Assembly: GCF_001194135.2 (NCBI RefSeq)
Contig: NC_068984.1
Coordinates: 57,746,786-57,810,785 of the forward strand
Source of the DNA: Octopus bimaculoides
Taxonomy: Eukaryota
Direction of reading: 5' to 3'
DNA length: 64,000 nucleotides
Shown: positions 38,047-50,479 of the stretch, one piece after another
Numbering within the stretch: position 1 is the first letter of the stretch
Layout of the letters: the number at the start of each line of letters is the position of its first letter
Notes under the pieces: generated by a model
What the model was told of the DNA's origin: nothing
Seen by the model: only the letters and a program-made list of their open reading frames with translations
The model's database searches: none
Program-made: the position numbers and the translations under genes

Positions 38047-39227
38047 TCAGGTCATCCCATAAGTTCTGTCCGAATTTTGAATAAAGAAAACAAGTGATCA
38101 AATGTTATATTTAAATTTAATTATCAATGTACTTTCCCTGATTATCTATGACTTCCTTCCATCTACTTACAGGCTTTTTAATCTCATCAATGTAAAACTC
38201 TTTTGGTTTCAAAGCGAAGAACTCTGAAATGTCAGTTTCAACCTCCTCCTGGCTTGCAAAAGTTATGTCCCCCAAATAATTCTGTAAACTACAAAACAAA
38301 TGGTAGTCTGAAGGAGCAAGGTTGGGAGAATAAGGTGGGTCATGAATTTTTTCCTGACCAAGCTCTTTGATCTTCTGTGATGTGATCTTTGCGGTGTGGG
38401 GTCGTGCATTGTCCTGATGAAACATCACTCCTTTTCAATTCACTAAAGCAGGTCTTTTTTTCTTCAAAGCTTGGTTCAAACGCTCTAATTGCCGACAGTA
38501 GACTTGAGCATTGATTGTTGCATTAGGTGGTAACAATTCAAAGTGAATTACTCCTTTACAATCCCACCAGATAGAGAGAAGAACCTTTTTTCCATGAAGT
38601 TCCCTTCTTGGTTGGGGTTGAGNNNNNNNNNNNNNNNNNNNNNNNNNNNNNNNNNNNNNNNNNNNNNNNNNNNNNNNNNNNNNNNNNNNNNNNNNNNNNN
38701 NNNNNNNNNNNNNNNNNNNNNNNNNNNNNNNNNNNNNNNNNNNNNNNNNNNNNNNNNNNNNNNNNNNNNNNNNNNNNNNNNNNNNNNNNNNNNNNNNNNN
38801 NNNNNNNNNNNNNNNNNNNNNNNNNNNNNNNNNNNNNNNNNNNNNNNNNNNNNNNNNNNNNNNNNNNNNNNNNNNNNNNNNNNNNNNNNNNNNNNNNNNN
38901 NNNNNNNNNNNNNNNNNNNNNNNNNNNNNNNNNNNNNNNNNNNNNNNNNNNNNNNNNNNNNNTTCAAGTAATGCCTCAAGAAGCTTATCATCAAACTCAA
39001 CTGGACATCCTATTCGATCTTCAACTTCATTGGATACTTCCATGTTAGAAAGGGTTTTAATCAAAGAAATTTTAATTCTATTATTCTGTAAAATAATATT
39101 TAATTAGTTTAAATGTCCACAAATGCATAAAAATAATTTTTAATTCCATTAGACATTCTAAAATACTATTAGATTTCATTCAATTTTAAAAAAGGTAAAA
39201 TTGGACAGAACTCATGGGATGACCTGA
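38047..39227 (-). mobile_element. mariner (DD34D-type) transposon, internally deleted, spanning an N gap
   Basis: About 30-bp TIRs TCAGGTCATCCCATAAGTTCTGTCC with TA on both sides; transposase motifs KKVLLSIWWDCKGVIHFELL, FHQDNARPH, YSPNLAPSDYHLF. Confidence 0.9.
38623..38962. other. Assembly gap (340 N)
   Basis: Run of N. Confidence 0.99.
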
Positions 39228-40499
39228 TATATATATATGCAAAATAGGATTATTTCTGTAAACATCACCTTGGCAAGGAATGAGCTGTTCAAAAACCAAG
39301 AAATAGCTCCCAAATCTCCCTCAGAAACAAAAAATAAGAGCTCAATGGCTAACAATGTCATCAATATAGAAAAGATAGAACGGTCAGGCTGACTGAGGTT
39401 AACCAACTACAGCAATTTCATTAATATCCACCACAATACTCAGGATATCTGCAAGCCTGTTGACCAACTATTTAATGCATCTGACACCTCCACTGGCCAC
39501 TTCCAGAGATGCTGTTCACATATTTTCATATACCCATGAATAAGCCAAGGAAGTTTCTTTAGCATTGCCGAGCTGGGTAGAAATAGCTGTCAAATTCATT
39601 CAAATGACTCCCTACTATCTTGAACAAAGGACACATTGGCCAGAGTATTCCTATATTAACAAAAACAAAAAAAAGAAATGATCAGAACTCAAGCATCTTT
39701 GATCATAGGATTGTTCAGTCAGATGTCACTTGTTTCTAACAGTAACAGTATACCCATAACATAAGTAACATATCCTTGTTTTGCACAGCTTCTCCAAAAA
39801 GCTTAAACAAACTTCCTTTTTCTGATTACTCTCCTTCCTGTTCTTAATGCTCCTTTCAATTACAAGCATTCAGGAGTATCCATAAGTTTCATGTTAGGAG
39901 AAAAAAAATACAGTTTAGCTTAAAGCTGTTGACTATGGTAGCTCCTACTAAAATTAGCATAATGCCTTGTTGATTAGAGAACCATCAAAATAACTACTTT
40001 GATATATTTAGACCTATTCCTTCAGCCATGAATATTTATCATATGGAAATAAAGTAAGATCAGCTAAGATAAGAATTTAATGCAAAATAGAAAGGCATAA
40101 AACTAAATATTGTATGACATTTAGTAAAAATAATGATAGGGAAAAAAATATTTCTTATATGTTCAAGTTGGTATAATCAATAGGGAATAAACCAGAATAT
40201 TAACGATACTTATTTTATAAGTCTTAATGGAATTTAAAATCATAAGCTTAACCATCTCTGAAATTTTCTTTTATACTTTCTGATAAAACGTAAACCAATG
40301 GACATTTTATGAACCTGTTTTCGTATTAAATTTACTATGTTAAACATAATTTAGAATAAACATATAATTTCTTTAAAAAAAAAATCCCATGTAAAAGATT
40401 TATTTGACAACAATGGTAAATATAATCATATCTATAGATTTCTAATAGAGTAGAACTAGTAAAAAATAAAATAAGCTCTTTTGTCAATTTCGATCTTCC

Positions 40500-40582
40500 A
40501 TAGTTCTCATAAACTTATCGTTAACACGTGATAGTTATTTTACCACTTGATAAGCGCCTCGTTGGGTTTTCTCTCGTTTTAG
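40500..40582 (+). promoter_or_regulatory. Candidate non-coding first exon/promoter of the zinc-finger gene
   Basis: CpG-retaining zone with CACGTG and a strong donor TAG|GTAAGT (intron from 40583). Matching acceptor TTTGCTTTGCAG| ends at 42804. The start is approximate. Confidence 0.5.
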
Positions 40583-41346
40583 GTAAGTAATGTTCCTGAA
40601 GATTTTATATTTTTTTACTACGATGATCATCTTCTTGACTAAAAGAGCAATCTATGCTGTTATGCACTCTATCGCTTCATTAAGCAAAAGCAACTTAACT
40701 GATGTAAGAATACCAGCTTAATGTTGTGACTTCTGCAAAACTTGTTTATCCAACACGTTTTCTACTTTATAGAAAAGTAGAAACAACATTGTTAAAAGTT
40801 AAGAAAAACCTTTCGTGTGTGTACACCTTCATTCAATTGAAACATTTGTTTATTCATGATCAAGCACCATCGTCCATTATACGATCGAGCTTTTTATGTT
40901 GATGGTCAGTCGATTTCCCAACATTTCATTTCTACAAAACTATAGAATGTTAGCGTATTTTATCTTATATTTTGTTGTTAGCAGTATTTTGGCCCGTATA
41001 TTCAGTTACTTAATGATATTTTGCTTTTGTATTATTGTAATTTTATTCTTTACCAATCATTTTTGTTTTTCGATACACCTCTTTATATTTTTTAGAACAT
41101 GATGTTAACTTTATCTTATAAACACGCAATGTCTCCAATTATCAAAGTTTTAGAATATCATCGTGTTTATTTCCTCTATATATAAGTAATAATTTTACAA
41201 ACCCCGAAGACAAGTTCGGTTCATAAAGCATTGTTCGGTTTATAAAGCATTGAGATAATCTTCCTCCCTCTTGGTAGGACACGTAACTTTTCATAGCTAG
41301 TTAAACCAAGTAAAGTAAAATTTTCTGGACAAAAAATGGTCCAGAT

Positions 41347-41709
41347 GGACTATATGTAATCTGAACCTTTCCCCCCTTATTTTTTTTTTTACGGAATCCC
41401 ACGTTTTAGGCTATGGAAATTCCGATTCTGAAAAAAAATTTTCAAAAATCTCAATTTCGATCCCCCCCCACCCCGGTTTTTATATAGATCCACAGGGTAA
41501 ACCTAACCGTAACCCTAAACCTAACCCTAACACTAGTTTTGTGAGATTTGGCTGTTATTTCTAGCATGTAAATAGCCTGGTTGGTGGGGGGGGGAATTGA
41601 AATGTTTCAAACAATTTTTTTTCAGAATCGGAATCTCCATAGCCTAAAACGTGGGATTCCGTAAAAAAAATTAATAAGGGGGGGGGGAGGTTCAGATTAC
41701 ATATAGTCC
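41347..41709. mobile_element. GG-terminal MITE with about 100-bp TIRs and central (TAACCC)-like repeats
   Basis: GGACTATATGTAATCTGAACC ... GGTTCAGATTACATATAGTCC; CCTAACCGTAACCCTAAACCTAACCCTAAC at 41502-31. Confidence 0.85.
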
Positions 41710-42136
41710 GTTTCCGCCCCAAAAATAACTGAGTGATTTCAGATCTCTATGAACCAATTATCTAAGTAGGATTATTACGGTTTTCACTGGGTTACAAGGT
41801 TGCACTTCTAAAATGTACGCAAGAAAATATCGCGGGACCCAATTTTGATCCATGTATTTTTGTGGCTTGCGATCATTAAATAAATATTTTAGGGTCCGGT
41901 GCATTGATTTGCCCTGTGACCTATAATGCTTATCAGGCGGCCCTGCACCTAACTCTCAAATCCCCAAAGTACATTTCTAACTATAAATAAGTATTGTAGA
42001 GTATAAGTTAGTGACTTTGGGAAAAAGTTACGAGTGTTTCAATCGATTGAAATCCGGAGTTCTCCTGCGAGGAGAGGAATGGGTTCCAAGTTGATTTGCT
42101 CCAATCATTATTGATGTTCTTATGACCCAAGGTAAT

Positions 42137-42461
42137 TGTTGGCACTCCGTCGCTTACGACGTCGAGGGTTCCAGTTGATCCGATCAACGGAACAACCTGC
42201 TCGTGAAATTAACGTGCAAGTGGCTGAGCACTCCACAGACACGTGTGCCCTTAACGTAGTTCTCGGGGATATTCAGCGTGACACAGTGTGTCAAGGCTGA
42301 CCCTTTGAATAACAGGCACAACAGAAACAGGAAGAAAGAGTGAGAGAAAGTTGTGGTGAAAGAGTACAGCAGGGTTCGTCACCATCCCCTACCGGAGCCT
42401 CGTGGAGCTCTAGGTGTTTTCGCTCAATAAACACTCACAACACCCGGTCTAGGAATCGAAA
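42137..42461 (-). mobile_element. 5'-truncated SINE family D insertion with 13-bp TSD
   Basis: GACCCAAGGTAAT at 42124-36 and 42462-74; on the minus strand it starts at the B-box remnant TTCGATTCC; CpG-rich. Confidence 0.85.
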
Positions 42462-42958
42462 GACCCAAGGTAATGACAGTCATTTATTCTGTCAGATTAC
42501 AATAAATAAATAAATAAAAACATTGTGGGACTAGAGCTACAAAACAATTCCTAGTTTGTTTTGTTTTTTTTCTCTCAAAACATTTCCTATTTTAGTAAAA
42601 AAAATTTGGGAAACTTTTTGTGAGATAAATATTTAGCTAGTTGAAATATATTTTAATGTTTACTATAGAAGAGCACAAAAATCTTGTATTATCATAATCT
42701 AACTGGAACATTAGAAAAAGCATTGAGCTACAATATAATTACACTTTATATATCTTTGATGTGCATATACAGCTGCTATCATTCATTTTAATTTTGCTTT
42801 GCAGGTTATATTTTTTGGAAAATGAAATTACCAGGAACTGTTCGAGATCAATTTAATTGCAATAATCTCAATGATAAAAAACATTCATAATAATTTTCAT
42901 TGAAGTTCATTTGAGAGAATTAAACCAAAGGGGAATTATTTAGAGTAATTTATAGGAA

Positions 42959-44185
42959 ATGTTTCTTCCACAAGAGTCTGAATCTTCAGAACCAGATACA
43001 CAAGCTGAGAAAAGATTATTTCCTTGCTCAACATGTGGCAAAAGGTTTTTAAACAGAACACATTTTAACATACATCAAAGGACACACACAGGAGAAAAAC
43101 CTTTCAGTTGCGAAACTTGTGGTAAAAGTTTTTCGCAAAAATGTCATCTAATACAACATATAAGGATTCATACCGGGGAGAGGCCATTTCAGTGTGGTGC
43201 ATGTGAAAAAACTTTTGTTCAAAGTTCTCACCTTAGAAACCATATTAAATCCCATTTGGACGAATTTCCTTTTACATGTGAGATGTGTGGTAAAGGGTTT
43301 TCAGAAAAGGTGGTTTTAGATGAACATATAGAAATGCATGAAAGGGAAAAGTGGACCAAACAGAAGATACTCACAAAAAATTCTCTAACTCCTCTTGTTA
43401 ATACAGAATATATGAAAGCTTGTCAAGAAGCAAACATTTTATGTTGTGACGTATGTGGAAAAGATTTTCCAACAGTTTCAAAGCTTAAAACTCATAAAAG
43501 ATTCCATGTTAAAGAGAAAAGAGTTTCTTGTGAAATATGTGGGGGAAAATTTTTTAATGGATCTGATTTAAGTATACATCTAAGAACACACACTGGAGAG
43601 AAACCATTTCATTGCGAGGTTTGTGGGAAAAATTTCTCCCAAAGTCCTCATCTTATACAACACATACGAATACACACTGGGGAAAATCCTTTCCCCTGTG
43701 AGATATGTGGGAAAAACCTTTCTTCTAGATCACACTTAAAAATTCATAAAAGATCACATACTGGAGAAAGGCCTTTCCATTGTCAAATTTGTGGTGATTC
43801 ATTTTCATGTAGTTCTCATTTAAGTGCACATATAAGGATACATACTGGAGAGAAACCCTTTAAATGTGAGGTCTGTGGAAAATATTTTTCACAAAATTCT
43901 CATCTTACACAGCACAGGAGAACACATACTGGAGAAAAGCCTTTTTCTTGTAAAATCTGTGCTAAAGGATTTACTTTAAAATCTGGCTTGAAATTTCATC
44001 TCCAGAAACATTCATGTTCAAAGACTTTTCATTGTGAATTTTGTGAGAGAAAATTTACAAATAATTTCCGTTTTATACAACACTTAAGAACACATACTAA
44101 GGAAAGGCCTTTTCTCTGTGAAATATGTGGGAAGAAATTTTCACAAAGTTGTAACCTTAAACTGCATAAGAAAACACATTCTTGA
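42959..44185 (+). CDS. C2H2 zinc-finger protein, 408 aa, 13 fingers (4 + 9), no KRAB/SCAN/BTB domain visible
   Basis: Intact ORF with repeated C-x2-C-x12-H-x3-H units and TGEKPF/TGERPF linkers; upstream splice acceptor at 42804; AATAAA at 44374. Confidence 0.95.
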   Translation: MFLPQESESSEPDTQAEKRLFPCSTCGKRFLNRTHFNIHQRTHTGEKPFSCETCGKSFSQKCHLIQHIRIHTGERPFQCGACEKTFVQSSHLRNHIKSHLDEFPFTCEMCGKGFSEKVVLDEHIEMHEREKWTKQKILTKNSLTPLVNTEYMKACQEANILCCDVCGKDFPTVSKLKTHKRFHVKEKRVSCEICGGKFFNGSDLSIHLRTHTGEKPFHCEVCGKNFSQSPHLIQHIRIHTGENPFPCEICGKNLSSRSHLKIHKRSHTGERPFHCQICGDSFSCSSHLSAHIRIHTGEKPFKCEVCGKYFSQNSHLTQHRRTHTGEKPFSCKICAKGFTLKSGLKFHLQKHSCSKTFHCEFCERKFTNNFRFIQHLRTHTKERPFLCEICGKKFSQSCNLKLHKKTHS

Positions 44186-44560
44186 AAGACGATTTTTCTA
44201 TCTATCTTTAGAAATCCATTAAATATTTCCTCTTCAATATTTCTTTTTTCTTTTACTTCTTAAATGACAACTACATTTTTAACTCTTCTTAAATTACAAT
44301 GTCAAGATGGTTGTTGCACCTAATTGGAGAGAAAAGGTTGGATACAGGGTTTACAATGAGATACAATGTAGATAATAAAATGATGAGAGGTAAATGCATC
44401 AGATGAGCTGAGAAGAAAATTTATGAATTAGAAAGTTCAAAAGAGCAGAGATTATGGGAGAAGTAGGTTTTAGCTTGACTGAGAATTAGGAGTCTAGTAC
44501 ATGTGTAAGTGTAATGAATGCATTCTCTTGCATATATGAGCGGTGTACCACTTAGGTATA

Positions 44561-45226
44561 TGAGGTCTGATCAATAAGTATCTGGACTTTGCTTGGCAAA
44601 GATTGACTTTGAACTCTGCAGTGCATGCACACTAAGTTTTAACATTCTAGCTCACTTCTACTGTTTACAGCAGTGCTTGGAAGGAAAGTATGTAGCATGT
44701 GATTGTCACATTGACCATGACAAAGAAAGTTGTCATGAGAGTGGAAATCGTCAAATTGCCATCCATGAGTTATCAGAGGATGTGCAGATTAGTTACAGTT
44801 CAGTTCAGTCTATTATCATTGAAGATTTAGGTATGAGACATGTCTGCCAAGTTTGTACCAAAATTGCTTTCAGCTGACCAAAAAGACACTCACATTTCAG
44901 TTGCACAAGATCTCCTTGATTGTGTTGAGAACAATGGAAACATTTTGAAAATTTTGCATTGGCCTCTGAGCAAGTATTGCCATGCTTTTGGCAAAATTTG
45001 ATGCAGATTTTCTGCTCAACTTTCACTGTCATGGTCAATGTGACAATCACACGCTACACACCTTCCTTCCAAGCACTGTTGTAAACAGTGGAAGTTAGCT
45101 AAAAAGTTAAAACTTAGTGCACATGCACAGCAAAGTACAAGGTCAATCTGTGCCAAGTGGCTTCACTTTGCGTGCTTTAGCTTCGTTACTATGGCAACAG
45201 TCTGGATATTTATTGTTCAGACCACA
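44561..45226. mobile_element. Non-autonomous mariner derivative with extended inverted arms
   Basis: TA|TGAGGTCTGATCAATAAGTATCTGGAC ... GTCTGGATATTTATTGTTCAGACCACA|TA. 44593-44720 is inverted at about 45027-45158. Transposase scraps: EQKICIKFCQKHG and IHELSEDVQISYSSVQSIIIEDLGMRHV. Confidence 0.85.
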
Positions 45227-46584
45227 TATATCTGAACCTTGTTGAGCATTTAAAAGATCTGAAGTATTTGGAGGTAGAAACTTTCCTTTCTTGACTATAT
45301 AAGGTTTCCAGGTAGAATCATTACAGATTATTTGTTCTTTCATGAAGAAAAGTGCTATTTTTAATCTGTAATATTCATTGGTAAAAAAAAATAGAGTTGT
45401 GGTGTGAATCCTAGAGATGTCTCTTAAGATCATATAACAGGTAGCATTTGTTTAATATCTATACTATGTTAGAAGGTCTGATTTGCAAATTTAATGGGAG
45501 ATTGTGTGTATGTTTTATCTCTCTTGAGAGAAAGAGAGAGTTTAGGACAAAATAAGGAGTGCTTTCATTAACCTAGTAATTCAGAAACATTATTGAAGTA
45601 AAAAAGGAAAATGCAATGGAAGTGACTGTGTCATATGGTTAGATGAGTTTGAAGGAAAGCTTTGTCAATGCATGATGCACTAGAAGGGATTATAAATAAT
45701 GCTTCAGTTTTGAATGTAGTCGATATGCAGATTGCTTTGCCAGTAGATTGATCTGCTGCTAGACATTGTGGAAAATGGTAACTTTGCCTTCATCAGAATT
45801 TAACAGAAGAGAATTTTTGTTTGTGATTTTGTAATGCAGCTTCATTGTCACTAGGATAATTAATGTCTTCATGAACATAAAAATGTTGAAATGAATGTCG
45901 TAGAGAATTAGTGTGTTTTCGGGTGCTGTACTGAAACTTCACTTTTCAGGTAGGCTAGTGCATTGAGTCCTTATCCTACTTTCCCTCCAGCTGTCACAAT
46001 ATAGCTATTCTGCTGTGTTGAGGCTGAGAAGATGTCTATGTCTGCTCACAACTACACTGGCATCTTAAACAATTAGCAAAAGTATTGATTTTGTATAAAG
46101 GTCCTCCTGAAGATGATGGTTGTAGAGTTTTAGTAAGGTTTATGTTGTTGAGATATTGACTCTATTTTAATTCACTTGGCAGCTATGAGAAAAGCAAATG
46201 GAATGAGAAGCAAAATTGAAACATGCTGTATTCACTGAGTAAGTTTGCATGTTGGAGAAGTGTTCTGATGAATTTTAAAATTTGAAAGCATTTAAATCTT
46301 ACTGTTTTCAGTTGTAATTTGCTGGTATTAATATCAGAAAAATAAAGACAGGAGAATTGCAGAAGCAGTAGATCAATGAAACTATAAGTTCAAATCCTTA
46401 CAGTCAACTTTGTCTTTTATCTTTCAGGGATGATATTTGAACAGACCTGTGATTAAAAGTAATGAACAAACAATACATTTATAAAAGTTAAATCCAACAG
46501 TGGTGGCTACAATAGATAAATCTGCCTTAAACACATACAATTTCTTTAAAAGATGTAATTTTTTTTTTTTCACATATTGTGATT

Positions 46585-46880
46585 TTTATCATCATCATTG
46601 TTTAATATCTGCCTTCCATTCTGTCATGGGTGGGACGGTTTAACGAGCCGGCCAGGCAGAAACCTGCACCAGATTTCTGTAACTTTTGGCAGGATTTTTA
46701 CAGCTGGATGCCCTTCCTAACACCAACCACTCAGCAGAGTGGACCTAGTGCTTTTTACATGGCACAAGGTCTGTTTTGGCAAGGTTTTTACAGCTGGATG
46801 CCCTTCCAAATGCCAAACACTTTACAGTGTGGACTGGGTGCTTTTAAGTGGCACCTGCACTGACAGGGTCACCAAGTACA
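46585..46880 (-). repeat. SINE/retroposon family C copy
   Basis: (CAT)n start and two CAGCTGGATGCCCTTCC cores. Confidence 0.75.
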
Positions 46881-47065
46881 GGTATACCTCACCCTACAAT
46901 GTTAATTGGTTCCAGGAGACATGAATTAACTTGTCACTAGGCTAAACCGATAATAACCATTCCCAGTTCTGTACTTTATTTATGAATGCATTTTCAATAA
47001 TACATGGTTAATAAAAAAACTATTTTAAGCTTACAAATAAATAATTTTTATTTTTTAATACAGTA

Positions 47066-47385
47066 NNNNNNNNNNNNNNNNNNNNNNNNNNNNNNNNNNN
47101 NNNNNNNNNNNNNNNNNNNNNNNNNNNNNNNNNNNNNNNNNNNNNNNNNNNNNNNNNNNNNNNNNNNNNNNNNNNNNNNNNNNNNNNNNNNNNNNNNNNN
47201 NNNNNNNNNNNNNNNNNNNNNNNNNNNNNNNNNNNNNNNNNNNNNNNNNNNNNNNNNNNNNNNNNNNNNNNNNNNNNNNNNNNNNNNNNNNNNNNNNNNN
47301 NNNNNNNNNNNNNNNNNNNNNNNNNNNNNNNNNNNNNNNNNNNNNNNNNNNNNNNNNNNNNNNNNNNNNNNNNNNNNNNNNNNNN
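47066..47385. other. Assembly gap (320 N)
   Basis: Run of N. Confidence 0.99.
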
Positions 47386-48627
47386 CATTTACTATATGTA
47401 TTTTAATATGATTTTATATGCTTTTATTCTTATTTATTGTACAGTAACATGATTTTATGTGCTAGTGATTTTAAAATTCCAATATTTGTGGCAGACATGT
47501 AAAGTCGAGTAAAATAACTTAACTTGACTTTTATTTTTCTATATATTATTTTTGAAACCGATGTATAATTGAGAACGACTTAAGCCGAGGTATTCTTTTC
47601 TTTTATTCTGTATGCCTGTACTTGCAAGACAAAAAAAAATACTCTTTTGAGAGGGGAGGAGGCATTTAATTTTTAAAATTGTTAAAATTTATCTGAGTTG
47701 CTGTAAGGGTGGGATTATAGGCTGCTTCCTGAAATTAGTGGACATACTGTAGATGTGAATGTGCAATTCTGTAAGCAGAATTTTCATAATGATAGGATAT
47801 CCCGATATTCCACTTTAAGATCCTTCAACATTTCTATAAAATCTTTTATTCAATGCCTTTATATTTTAGGAAGTTAATACAGTTTGTTACAATTTTAATC
47901 ACATATTTCATTCTTAGAGAATATGCATATTTGCATCCTCCAGTCTTGCTAATTTCAGCTTTTTAACTACATGAAAAGAGGATACAAAGTTTCTTAAAAT
48001 ATTTTACGATGAATAGTAGAGATTACCTCTACCATTTAATCTCTACTTTGTTTTATAAGAAAGACTATGCATAGGAATTTTGATTCAGTCCTTCAGCATC
48101 ACACTTAAACAGGTGTCCTCAACTATTGCCTTTAAGCTAACTAATGGCATGTGAGCAGAATAGGTCGACAGAAACTGCATGGATGCCTATCATTCGTTCA
48201 TGTATGTATGCATGCATTAATACACTTGTGTGCATGTGTAAAAGTTGCTATTTTCACTTTCTGCACAAGACTGTCTGAGCAAAAAGTGTTATATTTACAT
48301 TTCCTCCTGTAGTTCTGTGCTCTAGAAAAGTGGAATTGAAATCTCCCCTACATATAAACAGGTAAGAATTGGAGACAGAAATAGCATCTGACCATAAAAA
48401 TACTACCTCTGATAATATCCATCCAACCTCTGCCAGCATAGAAAAGTGGACATAAAACAAACAAATGAAAAGTTAAACTAAATGAATGGAAATAACTTTT
48501 AAACATTTACAAATTTGAAACAAATTATCAAAATTTTAACTATTTTGGAGATTTAGTTGTGATTTCTAGCAGGCTGTAGGTAATTCTATCCCTGCTAAGG
48601 ACTGTGCCTTGCCTCTTAATTATTATT

Positions 48628-48890
48628 GGAATTCAAGACAGGATGCCCCTAGGAGCTCCTCTATGCTGATGACCTTGCGCTAATTGCTGAGTCACTATCA
48701 GAACTAGAGAAGTTTCAGGTGTGGAAGTAAGGACTAGAATCAAAGGGCCTTAGAGTCAACCTAGCCAAAACCAAAGTCCTAATAAGTAGGAAGGTAGACA
48801 AAACACAAACCCCTTTCAGGTAGATGGCCCTGCTTGATCTGTAGAAAAGGCGGGCGTAGGTAGAAACTCTATAAGATGTACCCTGTGTAA
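48628..48890 (+). mobile_element. RTE-type LINE reverse-transcriptase fragment
   Basis: Hand translation: TGCP*ELLYADDLALIAESLSEL...GLRVNLAKTKVL...WPCLICRKG..RNSIRCTLC. Confidence 0.8.
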
Positions 48891-48899
48891 CAAACATTA

Positions 48900-49520
48900 G
48901 GCCTCACCGAGGCAATGACTTGTGACCAAGACCTTTGGAAATATGCAGTGCGTGAGAAGACCCGGCAAGCCAAGTGAGACCATAATCCGAGGCCTCTGCC
49001 AGGGGTGTAGCCAGCCCACTTATGCATGCCTTTCCTTCATTGGACACTAAACTCTGCTTGTGAAGACCTGTTGAGGCAAGTGAAATCAAAATTAAACCGA
49101 ATTCGATGACTGGCACCTGTGTCAGTGGAGTGCTAAGAGTACCATCCGAGCGTGATCATTGCCAAAGCAGCTGTTTGGCTTCTGTGCCAGTGGCATGTAA
49201 ATAGCACCATTTGAGCGTGATCGTTACCAGCATCACCTTACTGGCACATGAAAAAACATCCGAGTGAGATCATTGAGAGTGCTGCTGGACTGGCTCTTGT
49301 GCAGGTGGCACGTAAAAAACACCATTTTGAGCGTGGCCGTTGCCAGTACTGACTGACTGGCACATAAAAGCACCCACTACTCTCTCGGAGTGGTTGCCGT
49401 TAGGAAGGGCATCCAGTTGTAGAAACTCTGTCAGATCAGATTGGAGCCTGGTTCGCCAGTCCTTACTCAAATCGTCCAACCCATGCTAGCATGGAAGGCG
49501 TTAAATGATGATGATGATGA
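48900..49520 (+). repeat. SINE/retroposon family C copy with internal tandem subrepeats
   Basis: Repeated TGGCACGTAAAA.CACC/GAGCGTG units, TTAGGAAGGGCATCCAG core, AAATGATGATGATGATGA tail. Confidence 0.8.
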
Positions 49521-49957
49521 GGTAAGCTCATCATATTTGGATGTAAAGCTAAAGCAAAAGTTTAAAAAGTGGGTGCAGGTGAAGTATACTAATACCAAGT
49601 TTTGTTGGTAAATAAGAAATACTGAGTTATTAGAATCTAAAAGAGAGTTCATGGATATCAATTCATTCCATGAATTTTTTGGAAATACCTGTTTTCAGAC
49701 TTCATTGTATTTGTATCTAGTTGATGAATCACTCTTTCAAAGCAACAAACCCTTTTTGAAGGCTTGTTGTAGATGCTATTTACAGCCATTCTGCTAATCT
49801 TTTGAAAGGCAAATCGAAATCATTTATTGCCGATTTTATCTTAGGATACTAATTTTCACCTCTGGTTGTTCTAAGCATTGAGTTTACAGAAAATAACTCT
49901 CTCCCATTGCAAAGTTTGTCAACTGCCTTGTTTCTTACATTGGTCAAATTATGATTC

Positions 49958-50340
49958 TTTTACTTGTTTCACTCATTTGACTGTGGCCATGCTAGAGCAC
50001 TGCTTTTAGTCAGACAAATCGACCCCAGGACTTATTCTTTGTAAGCCTAGTACTTATTTTATCGGTCTCTTTTGCAAAACTGCTAAGTTACAGAGACGTA
50101 AACACCCAACATCGGTTGTCAAGCAATAGTGGGGGGGACAAACACAAACACGCACACATATACATATATATATATATATATACACACATATGACAGCCTT
50201 CTTTCAGTTTCCGTCTACCAAATCCACTCACAAAGCTTTGGTCAGTCCGAGGCTATAGTAGAAGGCACTTGCTCAAGGTGCCATGTAGTGGGACTGAACC
50301 CAGAACCATGTGGTTGGGAAGCAAGCTTCTTACCACACCA
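49958..50340 (-). repeat. SINE family B copy
   Basis: Homologous to 19757-20131. Confidence 0.85.
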
Positions 50341-50479
50341 TTTCTTTTTTATTAACCAAATCTTTACAAATAAAATACACCTGCTTTTTATTTACTTCTA
50401 AACAATTCAGTGAACCTTATATAAGTATTATTGCTGGCAACTTTTTTTTTACTCTTGTTAGTAGTAGTTCTAGCGTAAC

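Noticed and set aside
38435-39064. Long ORFs over 38435-39064 and 47004-47411
   Set aside because: Their length comes from N gaps; only the mariner-derived flanks of the first are meaningful
45560-46130. Possible LINE endonuclease remnant on the minus strand
   Set aside because: No catalytic motif could be read cleanly by hand
49140-49370. Repeat-spacer appearance suggestive of a CRISPR array
   Set aside because: Eukaryotic context; the units are degenerate internal subrepeats of family C with no unique spacers and no cas genes
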